64,000 nt of DNA. Origin: an uncultured Chlamydiae bacterium (GTDB taxonomy: Bacteria > Chlamydiota > Chlamydiia > Chlamydiales > SM23-39). Shown here one piece after another: positions 35,414 to 45,882 of this stretch (positions are counted from its first letter, which is position 1; the number at the start of each line of letters is the position of its first letter). The notes under the pieces are model-generated. The model was given only the letters and a program-made list of their open reading frames with translations. It had not been told where the DNA came from and ran no database searches. The translations under genes and the position numbers were made by a program. Location of the stretch: positions 640,001 through 704,000 of the forward strand of contig CAVSSM010000001.1 in NCBI GenBank assembly GCA_963730605.1, given 5' to 3'.

Positions 35414-35908
35414 ATGTCTATTATTCATATAAACACCACATCATCTCCAGCCACGGGCTGGAAGACATCAGCACTCTTTCAAGAGGCCCGCTGGAGAGAA
35501 GTAGCCAAAAAAATAGGATGCTTTGCTCTTACAACGCTTGTTGTTGTAGGGACATTAGCGTGTCTTGTATTTATCCCAGGAGCTCCTTTATACGCCCTAG
35601 CAGGAACTGCTATTCTTTTAGGATTGACTGGGTCGCTGACCGGGACTGCGGCTGTTGTTGCAGCGGTAGGCATGTCTCTGGGTACGTACACTTTTTGGAA
35701 CGGGGCGTTTGCTTTGGGTGCTATTTTAGGCGAAAGGACAAGGCATGACGCAGATGAGGCTATTCAGGAGCAAGAACCCCCTGCTGTTCAGGAGCAAAAA
35801 CCCCCTGCTGTTCAGGAGCAAGAACACCCTTGGAAGGGGTATTCGAAAGGAGCGCGTTATTCGGACGGAATGACGTACATGATGCCCTCGCTACCTCAAG
35901 AAAAATGA
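35414..35908 (+). CDS. Inc-like membrane protein with a 24-bp C-terminal tandem repeat (QEQ[E/K]PPAV)
   Basis: AT-rich upstream region, long hydrophobic segment at about aa 34-105, repeat at 35763-35830. Confidence 0.6.
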   Translation: MSIIHINTTSSPATGWKTSALFQEARWREVAKKIGCFALTTLVVVGTLACLVFIPGAPLYALAGTAILLGLTGSLTGTAAVVAAVGMSLGTYTFWNGAFALGAILGERTRHDADEAIQEQEPPAVQEQKPPAVQEQEHPWKGYSKGARYSDGMTYMMPSLPQEK

Positions 35909-35953
35909 GATCAACCAACACGGTGATTTTTAGCGGATCCACGCAGAAAGTTT

Positions 35954-37873
35954 TTACTCTTCTCCCGACTTCTTCTTGTTTTTCTTTGGGAGGAGAGGCG
36001 CGGTCCTCGCGGTGAGATCGACCCAGATGGGAGAGCTCCATGCGATATGGCCATCTTTCTGTATGGCGCGAAGATAATAATAAACAAACGGCGGCCTGCC
36101 AGGCGGCCCGTCAAGCGCGATTTGACCAAGAAGTTCGGTGTCGTCGATTTCGAATTCACATTTTTCTTCTATGAGCGGCAGATTGCGGAAAATTTTTCCA
36201 TTGCGGATCAGCGCCACCTCGGTAAGGGGCTGGGTACCGATGCAGTAGCCGGTGATGTGGCGGTTGAATTCGAGGCCTGGGCGGACTTTCGTGTCGGTTT
36301 CCACTCCCATGGAAAATCCTGCCAGATTGAGGCCGAGGATGATCCTTTCCCCCGTTGTCGCAAAGCAGGATCTGGCGGAAAGCGCTTCGATGAGAGAGGC
36401 GCGGCTATGCTCTTTGGCCAAGATCGCTGTGAGTCCTGGGGAATATTGCGTTTGGTCAGTCTCAAATAAGTGGCTGTAGCAGCCTCGGTCGTCGTAGCCG
36501 CCCGCGACGAATCCAAAACGGCATCCTTTATTTAATGCTTTGACGAGCGATCCTTCTGCAGATTCGGCAATACCCCCTTTGCCGCTGTTGATCGGCCGGA
36601 AGTTTCCTTCTTTGGCAGCGCATTCAGAGGACCCCCAAGCATTATACATCTCGGCGACTCTTTCAAATTCAGGATTGAAATCGGTGAAATTACAGAGGGT
36701 CGTCTTGCCCATTGAAAAACTGGGGATCGCGATCATCTCTTTCGGATTGTTGGTCTTGTAGATTTTTTTGAGGGAATTGTTCTTCGTGTCTTTTTTTCTC
36801 AAGATATGTTTCATGTCTTTCGAGTAGATGAAATGGCGGAGCCCCTCTTCGCCCGGATCTCCCATCCATTGGAATCCTAACATCGCGACGAAGCGGTCGT
36901 CTTCGTTGAACTCGGCGATCTGCTGGCTCATCATCTTCCACTGATCATTGGGCGTCTCTTCTTCGCTGTCGAAAGAAGAAATCGCGTAGAACTGCAGCGC
37001 TTTGTCATCGCGGACATGCCTGAGGAACGCTTCGATGTTCTCAGAAGAATCGACGCGGTCCGATTCTCCATGCAAAAGACCCCAGTAAAGGTTGGTCGCC
37101 CCTTCGGGCAAGCATTTGATGGGGGCTGAAAAGAAGGTGCTGTTCGATTTGAGGTTGCGCAGTTGAATCTTATAGATGCCCGGTTCGTTGAAGTAGAGGT
37201 TGGGAAGGGCGATAAATCCGGTCTCAGGAACAAAGAGCTTCCAATTGAGGTTTTCCCGAAGATGCTGATACGACAGGTCGATCAGCGTCCCTTCCGGGGC
37301 ATTCGACGTCAAATTCCCATAAACGTCTTCGAAACGGACGATGACGTCGAAGCGCTTATTGCGAGTTACGATCGAAGGAGCGATGATCCGCAAGGTCTGT
37401 AATTGATTGCCTCTTACGTCGAGATAGAACGTCTCGGGCTCTTTGTAATCCCCTTTCCCTTTCGGATCGATGTACAGAAGAAACGGCCGCTTTCTTTGGA
37501 CCAGTTTTTGGCAAAGGCTTCCTCTTTTAGGATCCCTTTCCGGATTGCCCATGTGGATTGAAAAATTGTCTCCCGGTTTCAGTTCTGTCGGCAGGATGAA
37601 TTCGAAAGAGGAGGTCAGGGTTTGAGGATGCTGCACCTCGACTCCGCTAACAGGAGCCTTGCTTCCAGAGATTTCCACCCAAATGAGATTGGCTTTTTCC
37701 TTCAGGTTCGTCTTCGGGATCATCCAATCGATCGGGCGGCCTTTGCTGCCCAAGTCGAACCGGATTTTCGTCCCCTTGGGGAGGTGGTTCGCGGTCGTAT
37801 AGATAAACTTCCAGTTGGAAGTTTCCCCGGCGAAAGCGGCTGGGGGTTCGCAATAGCAAATCGAACGGCGCAT
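35954..37873 (-). CDS. DUF3604-type (PHP-like) conserved chlamydial protein
   Basis: MRRSICYCEP start, LYWGLLHGES, EMYNAWGSSE, RFGFVAGG.DDRG, YYYLRA.Q.DGHIAWSSPIWVD. Confidence 0.75.
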   Translation of the reverse strand: MRRSICYCEPPAAFAGETSNWKFIYTTANHLPKGTKIRFDLGSKGRPIDWMIPKTNLKEKANLIWVEISGSKAPVSGVEVQHPQTLTSSFEFILPTELKPGDNFSIHMGNPERDPKRGSLCQKLVQRKRPFLLYIDPKGKGDYKEPETFYLDVRGNQLQTLRIIAPSIVTRNKRFDVIVRFEDVYGNLTSNAPEGTLIDLSYQHLRENLNWKLFVPETGFIALPNLYFNEPGIYKIQLRNLKSNSTFFSAPIKCLPEGATNLYWGLLHGESDRVDSSENIEAFLRHVRDDKALQFYAISSFDSEEETPNDQWKMMSQQIAEFNEDDRFVAMLGFQWMGDPGEEGLRHFIYSKDMKHILRKKDTKNNSLKKIYKTNNPKEMIAIPSFSMGKTTLCNFTDFNPEFERVAEMYNAWGSSECAAKEGNFRPINSGKGGIAESAEGSLVKALNKGCRFGFVAGGYDDRGCYSHLFETDQTQYSPGLTAILAKEHSRASLIEALSARSCFATTGERIILGLNLAGFSMGVETDTKVRPGLEFNRHITGYCIGTQPLTEVALIRNGKIFRNLPLIEEKCEFEIDDTELLGQIALDGPPGRPPFVYYYLRAIQKDGHIAWSSPIWVDLTARTAPLLPKKNKKKSGEE

Positions 37874-38009
37874 TCCAAAACTCCTTATCTGTATTATTGT
37901 GCCGCAAAAAGACCTTTGACGCAAGAACCTAAGGCGGCGTCTCGTTATTCTTAACAATGAACAGGACGAAAACCGGTATACTCAAAGAATATGAAGAATC
38001 GGGAATATG

Positions 38010-38248
38010 GCAAGGCTGCGGACACTTGAAAAAGCTCGGGGGTTCGAGCTTTTTCTAAGAAAGCAGCCCAGAATTTGAGCCAGGCTTTGCCGGCGCCGGG
38101 TCCGGGGTCCCCAAAAAACGCATCGTTTTTGGGGTGGGCCGTTGCAGCTCAACTTGAATAAGTTGAGCGCCGGGGTCCCCGAAGACGCAACGTCTTTGGG
38201 GTGGGGTGCAGGAGGGCTCAAAGGCTGTGGCTGCCCGACGCCGCCAGA
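38010..38248. repeat. Composite multi-hairpin element carrying two ~30-bp hairpin repeats
   Basis: Outer arms GCAGCCCAGAATTTGAGCC / GGCTCAAAGGCTGTGGCTGC; repeats at 38104-38137 and 38172-38204; extra hairpins GAAAAAGCTCG/CGAGCTTTTTC and GCTCAACTT/AAGTTGAGC. Confidence 0.75.
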
Positions 38249-38250
38249 AA

Positions 38251-38460
38251 ATGACCGCGACTGACTTTGGAAAAGTTTTTGGAGTCACGCATAGCGCTGT
38301 TTTAAGATGGGAGAACGAAGAGAGAAAGATCAGTCCTACCACAGAGTTTTACATTCTGTTATATGTACTCAATTGTTTACATGCAAAAGCAAAAGAGTTC
38401 CAAATTCTATATCACAAGGTGAAAATTGAGACTTTATCCAAAAAAATGATTCTGAGTTAA
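38251..38460 (+). pseudogene. XRE-type helix-turn-helix protein, probably truncated
   Basis: MTATDFGKVFGVTHSAVLRWEN..RKISP is HTH-like; its 5' side abuts the repeat composite. Confidence 0.55.
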
Positions 38461-38697
38461 TTGAAATTGATGCTTCGAAAGGCCTTCGGCTGGCTGATTA
38501 AACCGCACGCTTGATGCCCTTCCAGGAAAATCAATCGGATGAGGGCAGTTTTGCCCCACAACCGATTTTCGTGTCTCAGGCTACCAAAACTCTACGTCTT
38601 GGCATACGATCATCGGTTCTTGGGCAGTTTCTGAAAGCCGCAAGGCGCTCTGTCAGTAATTCTGCGCTCCATATCCAGTGTAGAGTGGGTGGATGCG

Positions 38698-40251
38698 CTA
38701 GAGCAAATAATTATTGGCTAATGCCCTGAATTCTTGGATCTGGGTGGTTTCCCAAGAGGGGGGACGGCCAAGCTCTTTGGCTAAAAGATGGGCTGCGGCG
38801 GGGGCGATTTCAAGTGCGGCTCTGGCGTCGAGGAAGAGGGAGCGAGTGCGGCGCGCGAGGACGTCTTCCAGGGTCCGCGCCATCTCGAAGCGGGCCGCCC
38901 AGACGATCTCTGCTGGGGTGTAGGGGAGGCGGGGATGGAGGGGCTGGCTCATAGAGGGATTTTGAGCAGCCAGGTCTTTGAGAAGATGCCGGTCTGAGCC
39001 GTAGGAGAGCCAGGCGTCGACGGGGTGAGCGCCTTCTTCATAGCCGTGGAGATGTAAATCGTGCGTGCGGCAGGGGATGTCGGGGAGATTGCCGATGGGA
39101 ATGGCCTTGTCGATGGTATCCTGGGCCATTTTTCGGTAGGTCGTCCATTTGCCGCCGGTGATGGTGACGAGGCCGGAAGGGGATACGAAAAGGGTGTGAC
39201 CGCGGGAGAGGGCGGCCGTATTTTCATTATCGGCGGCTTTTACAAGAGGCCTTAGCCCCGCAAATGCGCTTAAGACATTTTCTCTTTGCAGCGGTTTTGT
39301 CAAATAGCGCGCCGTCGTTTTGAGCAAGAAGGAGATCTCCTCTTCGAGCGGCTTTGGCTCCATTTGAATCTCGGGGACGGGCGTATCGGTCGTGCCGATG
39401 AGCACGTGCTTATGCCAGGGGACGAAAAAGAGGACGCGGTTGTCGTCGGTGTGGGGGATGATGATCGCGGTATCTGCCGGTAAATAGGAGCGGTCTACGA
39501 CCAGATGGACCCCTTGGCTTGGCGCTATGAGCGGAAGGCTTTTCGGATCGTCGAGGCGCCGGACGCCGTCGCTGAACACCCCGCCCGCATTGATGACGGC
39601 TTTGGCGCGAAGGCGAAAGGATTCCCCCGTCTCAAGATCGCGCGCGGCGACCCCTGCTGCCGCCCCATTAACTTTCAGCAATTCTATGACCGGAAAATAG
39701 TTGAGCAAGACGGCTCCATGGGTTGCCGCAGTTTGAGCGAGGCAGCAGGCGAGCCGGGCGTCGTCGAACTGACCGTCGTAATAGATCTTGCCTCCGCGAA
39801 GGTCTTGGGGTTCGAGAGTCGGAAAGCGGGAGAGCGTTTCTTCTTTGGAGAGATGGATCGATTGTTCGAGTCCCAGTTTTCCGGCAAGGAGATCGTAGAT
39901 TTTTACGCCGATGCCGTAAAAAGGGACTTCCCACCAATGGTAGTTTGGGATCAGAAACCCAAGGTGGCTGACGATGTGGGGCGCGTTTTGGCAAAGGAGG
40001 CCTCTTTCATGGAGGGCTTCAATCACGAGCGTCACGTTGCCTTGCTTCAAATACCGCAAACCCCCATGGATGAGCTTGGTGCTGCGGCTCGATGTCCCTT
40101 TGGCAAAATCGGATTGCTCTAGAAGAAGCGTTTTAAACCCTCGCGAAGCGGAGTCGACGGCGCATCCAAGGCCGGTTGCTCCGCCTCCGATGATGATCAG
40201 ATCCCAGCTCTTCTCTTTGCGGATCTCTTCGAGAAACGCTTCCCGCCTCAA
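38698..40251 (-). CDS. glpD: FAD-dependent glycerol-3-phosphate dehydrogenase
   Basis: [43 protein letters not shown]; likely TTG start overlapping the glpK stop (TTGA); the ORF extends to 40290. Confidence 0.95.
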   Translation of the reverse strand: MRREAFLEEIRKEKSWDLIIIGGGATGLGCAVDSASRGFKTLLLEQSDFAKGTSSRSTKLIHGGLRYLKQGNVTLVIEALHERGLLCQNAPHIVSHLGFLIPNYHWWEVPFYGIGVKIYDLLAGKLGLEQSIHLSKEETLSRFPTLEPQDLRGGKIYYDGQFDDARLACCLAQTAATHGAVLLNYFPVIELLKVNGAAAGVAARDLETGESFRLRAKAVINAGGVFSDGVRRLDDPKSLPLIAPSQGVHLVVDRSYLPADTAIIIPHTDDNRVLFFVPWHKHVLIGTTDTPVPEIQMEPKPLEEEISFLLKTTARYLTKPLQRENVLSAFAGLRPLVKAADNENTAALSRGHTLFVSPSGLVTITGGKWTTYRKMAQDTIDKAIPIGNLPDIPCRTHDLHLHGYEEGAHPVDAWLSYGSDRHLLKDLAAQNPSMSQPLHPRLPYTPAEIVWAARFEMARTLEDVLARRTRSLFLDARAALEIAPAAAHLLAKELGRPPSWETTQIQEFRALANNYLL

Positions 40252-41735
40252 CTTTCCCAACCTTTTGCGCATCGGATGGCGCGGTCCCATTTTTTTAAGA
40301 GCTTGCGCCGCACCGCGTCGTCCATCTGAGGGCGGAATTCCTTCTCAAGCCGCCAAGTGGCGGCGATCTCTTGCGGGCTTTTCCAAATCTTCACTGCTAG
40401 GCCGGCGAGAAATGCTGAACCAAGAGCCGTGAGCTCTTGATTTTTCGGCCGCAAAACGGGGATCCCCATCAGGTTGGACTGGAATTGCATCGCCAAATCG
40501 CTGGCCACGATCCCCCCGTCGACACGCAGTTCCGTTAAATCCATCCCCGCGTCATTTTCCATCGCGCGCAGAACGTCGGCCGCTTGATAGGCGATGCTCT
40601 CCAAAATCGCTCGAGCGATGTGGGCGCCTGTCGTTCCTCTCGAGATGCCCAATATCGTCCCGCGCGCGTAAGGATCCCAATGCGGGGCGCCGAGGCCGGT
40701 GAAAGCCGGCACGAAGAAAACGCCTCCGGTGTCGCGCACGCTGCCGGCCAAGGCGTCGATGTCGGAGCTTTTCTTAATGAGTCCGAGATTGTCGCGAAAC
40801 CACTGGATTGCCGTCCCTGCGTTGAATACGCTCCCTTCCAGGGCATAGTGTGTAACGCCGTCCATCTGCAAAGCGATCGTCGTGAGCAATTTGTTCTTTG
40901 AAATGACGGCTTTCTTGCCTGTATTCATCAAGATGAAACATCCTGTCCCATAGGTTCCTTTGGCCGTTCCTGGGTTGAAACAAGCCTGCCCGAAGAGGGC
41001 CGCCTGCTGGTCTCCGGCGATCCCGGCGATGGGGATCGCGGAAGAAAAAAGATGATTTCCCGTTTGCCCATAAATTTCGCTGCAAGAGCGCACTTCGGGC
41101 AAAATCGATTTCGGGATGTCGAGGATTTTTAAGAGCTCGTCATCCCACTCTCCGGTATGGATATTGAAAAGGAGAGTGCGGCTCGCATTCGTCGCATCGG
41201 TCGCATGCAGCTGCCCGTTCGTCAATTTCCAGATAAGCCAAGAATCGACCGTCCCAAATGCAAGGCGGCCCTCTTTTGCCAGTTTGCGGGCGCCTTGCAC
41301 ATGCTCTAAGAGCCAACTGATTTTCGTTCCTGAAAAATAAGGGTCGAGGAGGAGCCCTGTTTTCTCAATGAAAAGGGGTTCCATCCCTTGCTTTTTCAAT
41401 TGCTCGCAAATGTCGGTCGTCCGCCTGTCTTGCCAAACGATGGCCATGGCGATGGGCTTCGAGGTGTTCTTATCCCACAAGATCGTCGTTTCCCGTTGAT
41501 TCGTGATGCCGATCGCAGCGATGTCTTTTGGGGAGAGCGAGGCTTTGGCCATCGCCTCATTCGCGACGGAAAATTGAGAAGACCAGATTTCCTCAGGGTC
41601 GTGCTCGACCCATCCTGACGATGGGAAATGCTGTTGGAATTCCTTCTGAGCGATCGAGACTACGCTTCCTTGTTCATCGATGATCAATGAACGGGAAGAG
41701 GTAGTCCCTTGGTCTAGGGCAAGGATATAGCGCAT
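40248..41735 (-). CDS. glpK: Glycerol kinase
   Basis: [40 protein letters not shown]. Confidence 0.97.
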   Translation of the reverse strand: MRYILALDQGTTSSRSLIIDEQGSVVSIAQKEFQQHFPSSGWVEHDPEEIWSSQFSVANEAMAKASLSPKDIAAIGITNQRETTILWDKNTSKPIAMAIVWQDRRTTDICEQLKKQGMEPLFIEKTGLLLDPYFSGTKISWLLEHVQGARKLAKEGRLAFGTVDSWLIWKLTNGQLHATDATNASRTLLFNIHTGEWDDELLKILDIPKSILPEVRSCSEIYGQTGNHLFSSAIPIAGIAGDQQAALFGQACFNPGTAKGTYGTGCFILMNTGKKAVISKNKLLTTIALQMDGVTHYALEGSVFNAGTAIQWFRDNLGLIKKSSDIDALAGSVRDTGGVFFVPAFTGLGAPHWDPYARGTILGISRGTTGAHIARAILESIAYQAADVLRAMENDAGMDLTELRVDGGIVASDLAMQFQSNLMGIPVLRPKNQELTALGSAFLAGLAVKIWKSPQEIAATWRLEKEFRPQMDDAVRRKLLKKWDRAIRCAKGWES

Positions 41736-41801
41736 AGATTGGCTCTTTATTTTGTTTTATACCATTGACATGAAAAGTCAAATTGAAATAACAAGATCGT
41801 T

Positions 41802-42518
41802 ATGGAGATCTTTATCAGTGAATTCGTCGGGACGTGCATTTTGATGCTCCTTGGCAACGGAGTCGTCGCGAACGTCCTTCTCAAACAGACGAAGGGAAAT
41901 AGCAGCGGGTGGATCGTGATTTCGGCGGGATGGGGCTTTGCCGTTGGCATCGCTGTCTATTGCGGATGGATGAGCGGCGCCCATTTCAACCCCGCCGTGA
42001 CATTCGGCTTCGCGGTGATCGGGAAAACCCCATGGAGTCTCGTTCCGCTCTACTGGATCTCGCAACTTCTCGGCGCGATCGCGGGGCAGTTTTTAGTCTG
42101 GTGCAGTTATCTCTCCCATTGGTCCCAAACAAAGGACCCTACTTTGAAACTCCTTTGCTTTTCCACGAAGCCGGCCATTCGGCATAATGGCCTCAATTTC
42201 TTGACCGAGACGATCGCGACCGCGGTCTTGCTTCTCGGTATTCTCGTGATCTTCGACCCACACAACGCCATGACGGCCTCGCTCGGGCCGTATCTCATCG
42301 GCATTTTGATCTTCAGCATCGGCCTTTCGCTTGGCGGGCCGACTGGGTTTGCCATCAACCCGGCCCGCGACCTCGGCCCCCGCATCCTCCACTGTTTTCT
42401 CCCGATCGGGAACCGGGGATCAACGGAGTGGGATTATGCCTGGATCCCCATCTTAGCGCCGCTTGTCGGCGGAACGCTTGGCGCACTTGTTTATCGCGCT
42501 TTCCTTGCTGGATTCTGA
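41802..42518 (+). CDS. glpF: Glycerol uptake facilitator (MIP family)
   Basis: SGAHFNPAVT and AINPARDLGPR (aquaglyceroporin NPARD). Confidence 0.95.
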   Translation: MEIFISEFVGTCILMLLGNGVVANVLLKQTKGNSSGWIVISAGWGFAVGIAVYCGWMSGAHFNPAVTFGFAVIGKTPWSLVPLYWISQLLGAIAGQFLVWCSYLSHWSQTKDPTLKLLCFSTKPAIRHNGLNFLTETIATAVLLLGILVIFDPHNAMTASLGPYLIGILIFSIGLSLGGPTGFAINPARDLGPRILHCFLPIGNRGSTEWDYAWIPILAPLVGGTLGALVYRAFLAGF

Positions 42519-42558
42519 AAATCATGGTCCATGATTTAATGTAGGGACTAATCGGCTA

Positions 42559-42830
42559 TTAAAGCTCGCAGCGCTGTCCTTTAGCGACTAATTTTTGGCG
42601 AAGATCGGCCGCTTTCTCGCGGATCAAACTCTCTGCACTTTTGGAGCCCTCTGTTGCAGCGTTGAGGGCAACTTCATATCCTTGATCTCGATCAACTAAT
42701 TTCCCAAAGAGATCGATCCCCTGACTATGGCGGATCTCGTCAGTGCTTTTGCAAGCCTCGGTTGCAGAGCTGATGGCGGCTTCATAACCTTGGCCTTGAT
42801 CGACCAATTTTCCGAGGAGGTCGGATCGCA
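42559..42830 (-). pseudogene. Fragment of a helical-repeat protein
   Basis: Two similar units L.GKLVD..QGYE.A...ATE..KS; no convincing N-terminus. Confidence 0.5.
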
Positions 42831-43022
42831 TGGGTCTTAAGATCCACGCTTTTGAAAGCCGTCGAAAAGCGGCCAAAATAATCCAAAAACTCGGGCGTTC
42901 CCTCACTTTGTAGACACCCTCTCAATCTGTATGGAAAAATTTTTATTCGGGAATTTGTTGACTTAAAATTTAATTATGTAGATGCTTGGTTTTTTGCCAA
43001 TTAATTTTTATTATGAGGTTTT

Positions 43023-43784
43023 ATGTGTTCTCTCATTGCGAGCGCAACAAATCCTAATCTTGGGGCACTATCTTTAGCTAATGAACATTTGAATCGGGTC
43101 GTAGAAAAAATGGGCGCTTTAGGGCAATTTTCAGTGACTGAGTATGATCCGAATCCCATAAACATGCACAACAAAGGGATAAAAAACCAGATGAGAATCG
43201 GTGAGAAAATGGCTGATGTTCTAAATGGAGGCAATACCGAATTTACTGTTCAATCAGCGCTTGGACTTATGGCCCATGAAGTTGCTCATAGAATATTAAA
43301 ACACAATGAACAAACCATTGCATTTTTGCTTGAATCGCAAGGTATTCCTGTCAAATCGTTAGATGACCTGGTAGAAGTTTTATCAGGAACTCCTGAGACA
43401 CAGTCAGCAAAACGTCTTTTCATAGATTACCACAATTGGGCATCAGGAGAGACTCCAGAAAGTGTAGAGAAGCTTATAAACTCAGTGAATCAAAAAATAT
43501 CAGAATTTTATCGGAATCAAGAAAAGGAAGCGGATCTTCTTACAATGAGAGACTCCTATCTTGCACGAGGACTCAGAGACTATTTTGTAAGAATCATCGA
43601 AAATTGCGAAAAAAATCCTGAATTTCACTGCTCTGTCTCCTATGTGGATGATGAAAAACATCCATCGACAGTTAGCCGCATTCACTATATGACTCGTGCG
43701 CTTTGTCAAGAGTATCCAGAAGAAAATAGTGATATTTGCCCCGATACAGACTCGCGATATGGAAGCTATACTGCGACCGCTTAG
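43023..43784 (+). CDS. M48-like zinc metallopeptidase; stop codon supplied by the adjacent MITE
   Basis: AHEVAH (HExxH), E.EAD and HPS..SR motifs. Confidence 0.7.
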   Translation: MCSLIASATNPNLGALSLANEHLNRVVEKMGALGQFSVTEYDPNPINMHNKGIKNQMRIGEKMADVLNGGNTEFTVQSALGLMAHEVAHRILKHNEQTIAFLLESQGIPVKSLDDLVEVLSGTPETQSAKRLFIDYHNWASGETPESVEKLINSVNQKISEFYRNQEKEADLLTMRDSYLARGLRDYFVRIIENCEKNPEFHCSVSYVDDEKHPSTVSRIHYMTRALCQEYPEENSDICPDTDSRYGSYTATA

Positions 43785-43930
43785 GTTGTGTGAATTTTGA
43801 CAGCGGATTTTGCGTTCCAGTAGCATTGCGGAGATCGCCGCAAACTTCAGTATGTTAGCAAGATCGAGCAATGCGCTGGGGCGCAAAAGGCGCTCAACAA
43901 AATTCACTCAAACTGAGTGGGCGCGGTATA
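43767..43930. mobile_element. 164-bp palindromic MITE, family A, copy 2 (reverse orientation)
   Basis: Reverse complement closely matches 6613-6776; same length; TATA ends. Confidence 0.9.
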
Positions 43931-44074
43931 TTCAACTTGCCCAGTATTGGACTTATCCTACCGCTGATAAGCCAAGGTGGGCGGCTAAATTTTTAAACTA
44001 GACATAAATTTCGAGAGCTGATATAATAATGAATTAAAATAATATTATTTAACTTTATTATTATAGGATTTTCT

Positions 44075-44872
44075 ATGATGTCATCGACGCCTGTTTCTGG
44101 TATGTTTTCTCAAGTCCAAGATACGCTACAATTCTATTGTAGCACCTCGATTGTTCAATCGTTTCTCAATTCGGATCAAAATAAAAAAATGAGAGAATTA
44201 TGGGATAGTTTTGCTAGCAAACATAGCCAAATAAATGGCGGCGGGCCGTCTTTAGGCGGAAGCAATGCTCCTGATAGTTGCTCGATGCATTTTGATTATC
44301 TTGCAATCTACAAAGATGTCTTTTTTTCGGCAGATGGCGTGAGCTGTGAAGGCGATTATTATGAGAAACTCCGATGCGAGTTAGTGGAAAAAAAGTCTTG
44401 GGGCAGTCACAACATATTGTCTACTTGCGACTGGGAAGCCGAGATTTGTTATAGTGAAAAACCAAAAGATAATCTGATATGCGTGAAGAATACGGTTAAA
44501 TTCGATCTAGATGACTCTAAAACGCAAGGGATTCCCCAAGAAGCTCCAGAGGTAATAGCTAAAGAACTTGTACAAGATCCGAGAAGCGCTCTCTCTTCTC
44601 AAGCAACGTCGAACAAGATACCAAATACCCCTCCCTCCTCACCAACTACAACAACACCAGTAAGGACTCTAGCAGTAGGCGCTGGCGCTGCAAGCACGGC
44701 CTATTTTGCTTATAAAGCCTATAAAGAAATTCGCAGCATTTATGAAGGAAAAGAGCAGGCAAAGGAAACGCCAAACAAATCCAAGGAAAAAGCTTCCGGT
44801 TGGCGAGCTGTAGGGTATGCCGCGGCGGCGATTGGCTCGGGCGCATTTACCGTCTACGCAATCAAAATTTGA
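44075..44872 (+). CDS. Hypothetical protein with two C-terminal hydrophobic segments
   Basis: 265-aa ORF behind an AT-rich spacer; Cys-rich N half, Pro/Thr linker. Confidence 0.65.
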   Translation: MMSSTPVSGMFSQVQDTLQFYCSTSIVQSFLNSDQNKKMRELWDSFASKHSQINGGGPSLGGSNAPDSCSMHFDYLAIYKDVFFSADGVSCEGDYYEKLRCELVEKKSWGSHNILSTCDWEAEICYSEKPKDNLICVKNTVKFDLDDSKTQGIPQEAPEVIAKELVQDPRSALSSQATSNKIPNTPPSSPTTTTPVRTLAVGAGAASTAYFAYKAYKEIRSIYEGKEQAKETPNKSKEKASGWRAVGYAAAAIGSGAFTVYAIKI

Positions 44873-44881
44873 GAGGCCTAA

Positions 44882-45151
44882 TTATCGCCGTTTCGTTTTT
44901 TTTCCAGCGGCAATTTTGCTCATGTGCTTCATCACTCTTCTTTTGCCGCTGTGAACAAGCCTTTTCACGCCCGATTTCTTTTTGTGAAAGGCCCTTTTTA
45001 CATTGTTTTCGAACTCATTCAATGTGTTCATCGCATTTTTTTTGATCGTATTTCCTTTTTTGGTCGTGAACAGCATCGCTGATACGGCCCCGATCGTGCT
45101 GCCGAGCATCGCGCCCAGCATAAAATTTCTTCCCGGATGTTTCTTTTTCAT
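44882..45151 (-). CDS. YtxH-like protein
   Basis: FMLGAMLGSTIGAVSAMLFTTKKG...K pattern. Confidence 0.7.
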   Translation of the reverse strand: MKKKHPGRNFMLGAMLGSTIGAVSAMLFTTKKGNTIKKNAMNTLNEFENNVKRAFHKKKSGVKRLVHSGKRRVMKHMSKIAAGKKTKRR

Positions 45152-45155
45152 ATTC

Positions 45156-45440
45156 TTATCTCCATTGTTTCCATAAGGTAACTCCCAGTGCCGCAAGCAT
45201 CATGAGGTCGGCTAAATGGCCCTTTTTGGGGATGCCCTTCATGAGTTCCTCAAAAGCGGCGTTTTTTTCTCTTAAGTCGCTCTTTTTGAGAAACTCTCCC
45301 ACTTTGGCCACGATTTTCCCGATCCTTTTGAAAAAGAGCTTCTTTTGCTTATGCGTTGCCCGCAAGAGATACAAAGCGCTGCCGCTAAGAAGGCCCCCAA
45401 TCACGAAACCGAGAATAAGCTTGTCTAAATCATTTCCCAC
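45156..45440 (-). CDS. Small membrane-anchored hypothetical protein
   Basis: LILGFVIGGLLSG N-terminal TM; translationally coupled in a three-gene cluster. Confidence 0.6.
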   Translation of the reverse strand: MGNDLDKLILGFVIGGLLSGSALYLLRATHKQKKLFFKRIGKIVAKVGEFLKKSDLREKNAAFEELMKGIPKKGHLADLMMLAALGVTLWKQWR

Positions 45441-45780
45441 GGCGCTTCACCGCATATTTAATTTTGTTGAAAAGGTCCAAGCTCGTGCCCACCCACTCTA
45501 CGATTTCCGATACTGTCCCCGAAGAATCTCTTTGCCGTTTTCCTTTTGCAAGCGCTTTTAAAGGGTTGAATACAAGGTCTAAAGAGTCCGCTTTGGATTT
45601 GATGTCGGTGACGAGCGCATCGAGCTTTTTCATCAGCTCGACCGCTTCCATAGAGACCTTGTGGAAATCCTCTTTGGCTTTTTCGAGGGTCTTTTGGGTT
45701 CTCAATAGGAGGATGACCGAACAGGTCATGCCGGCAAGAAGGGCGAAGGCGATTAAAGCGACTGATATTTCGATAGTCAT
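45430..45780 (-). CDS. DUF948/YtxG-like protein
   Basis: N-terminal TM followed by coiled coil; precedes the YtxH-like gene. Confidence 0.6.
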   Translation of the reverse strand: MTIEISVALIAFALLAGMTCSVILLLRTQKTLEKAKEDFHKVSMEAVELMKKLDALVTDIKSKADSLDLVFNPLKALAKGKRQRDSSGTVSEIVEWVGTSLDLFNKIKYAVKRRGK

Positions 45781-45882
45781 TTTTTATTCACTTAATTTCT
45801 AACTTTATTATTATATAAATGACTTAATTTGTAAATTTTGTTAATCAAGTAGCTTGTTATAAATAACATCGTTTGGAAGATT

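Noticed and set aside
42519..42537. Perfect palindrome AAATCATGG-T-CCATGATTT after glpF; also a hairpin at 15322-15356
   Set aside because: Single short hairpins that could be terminators; nothing supports a more specific role.
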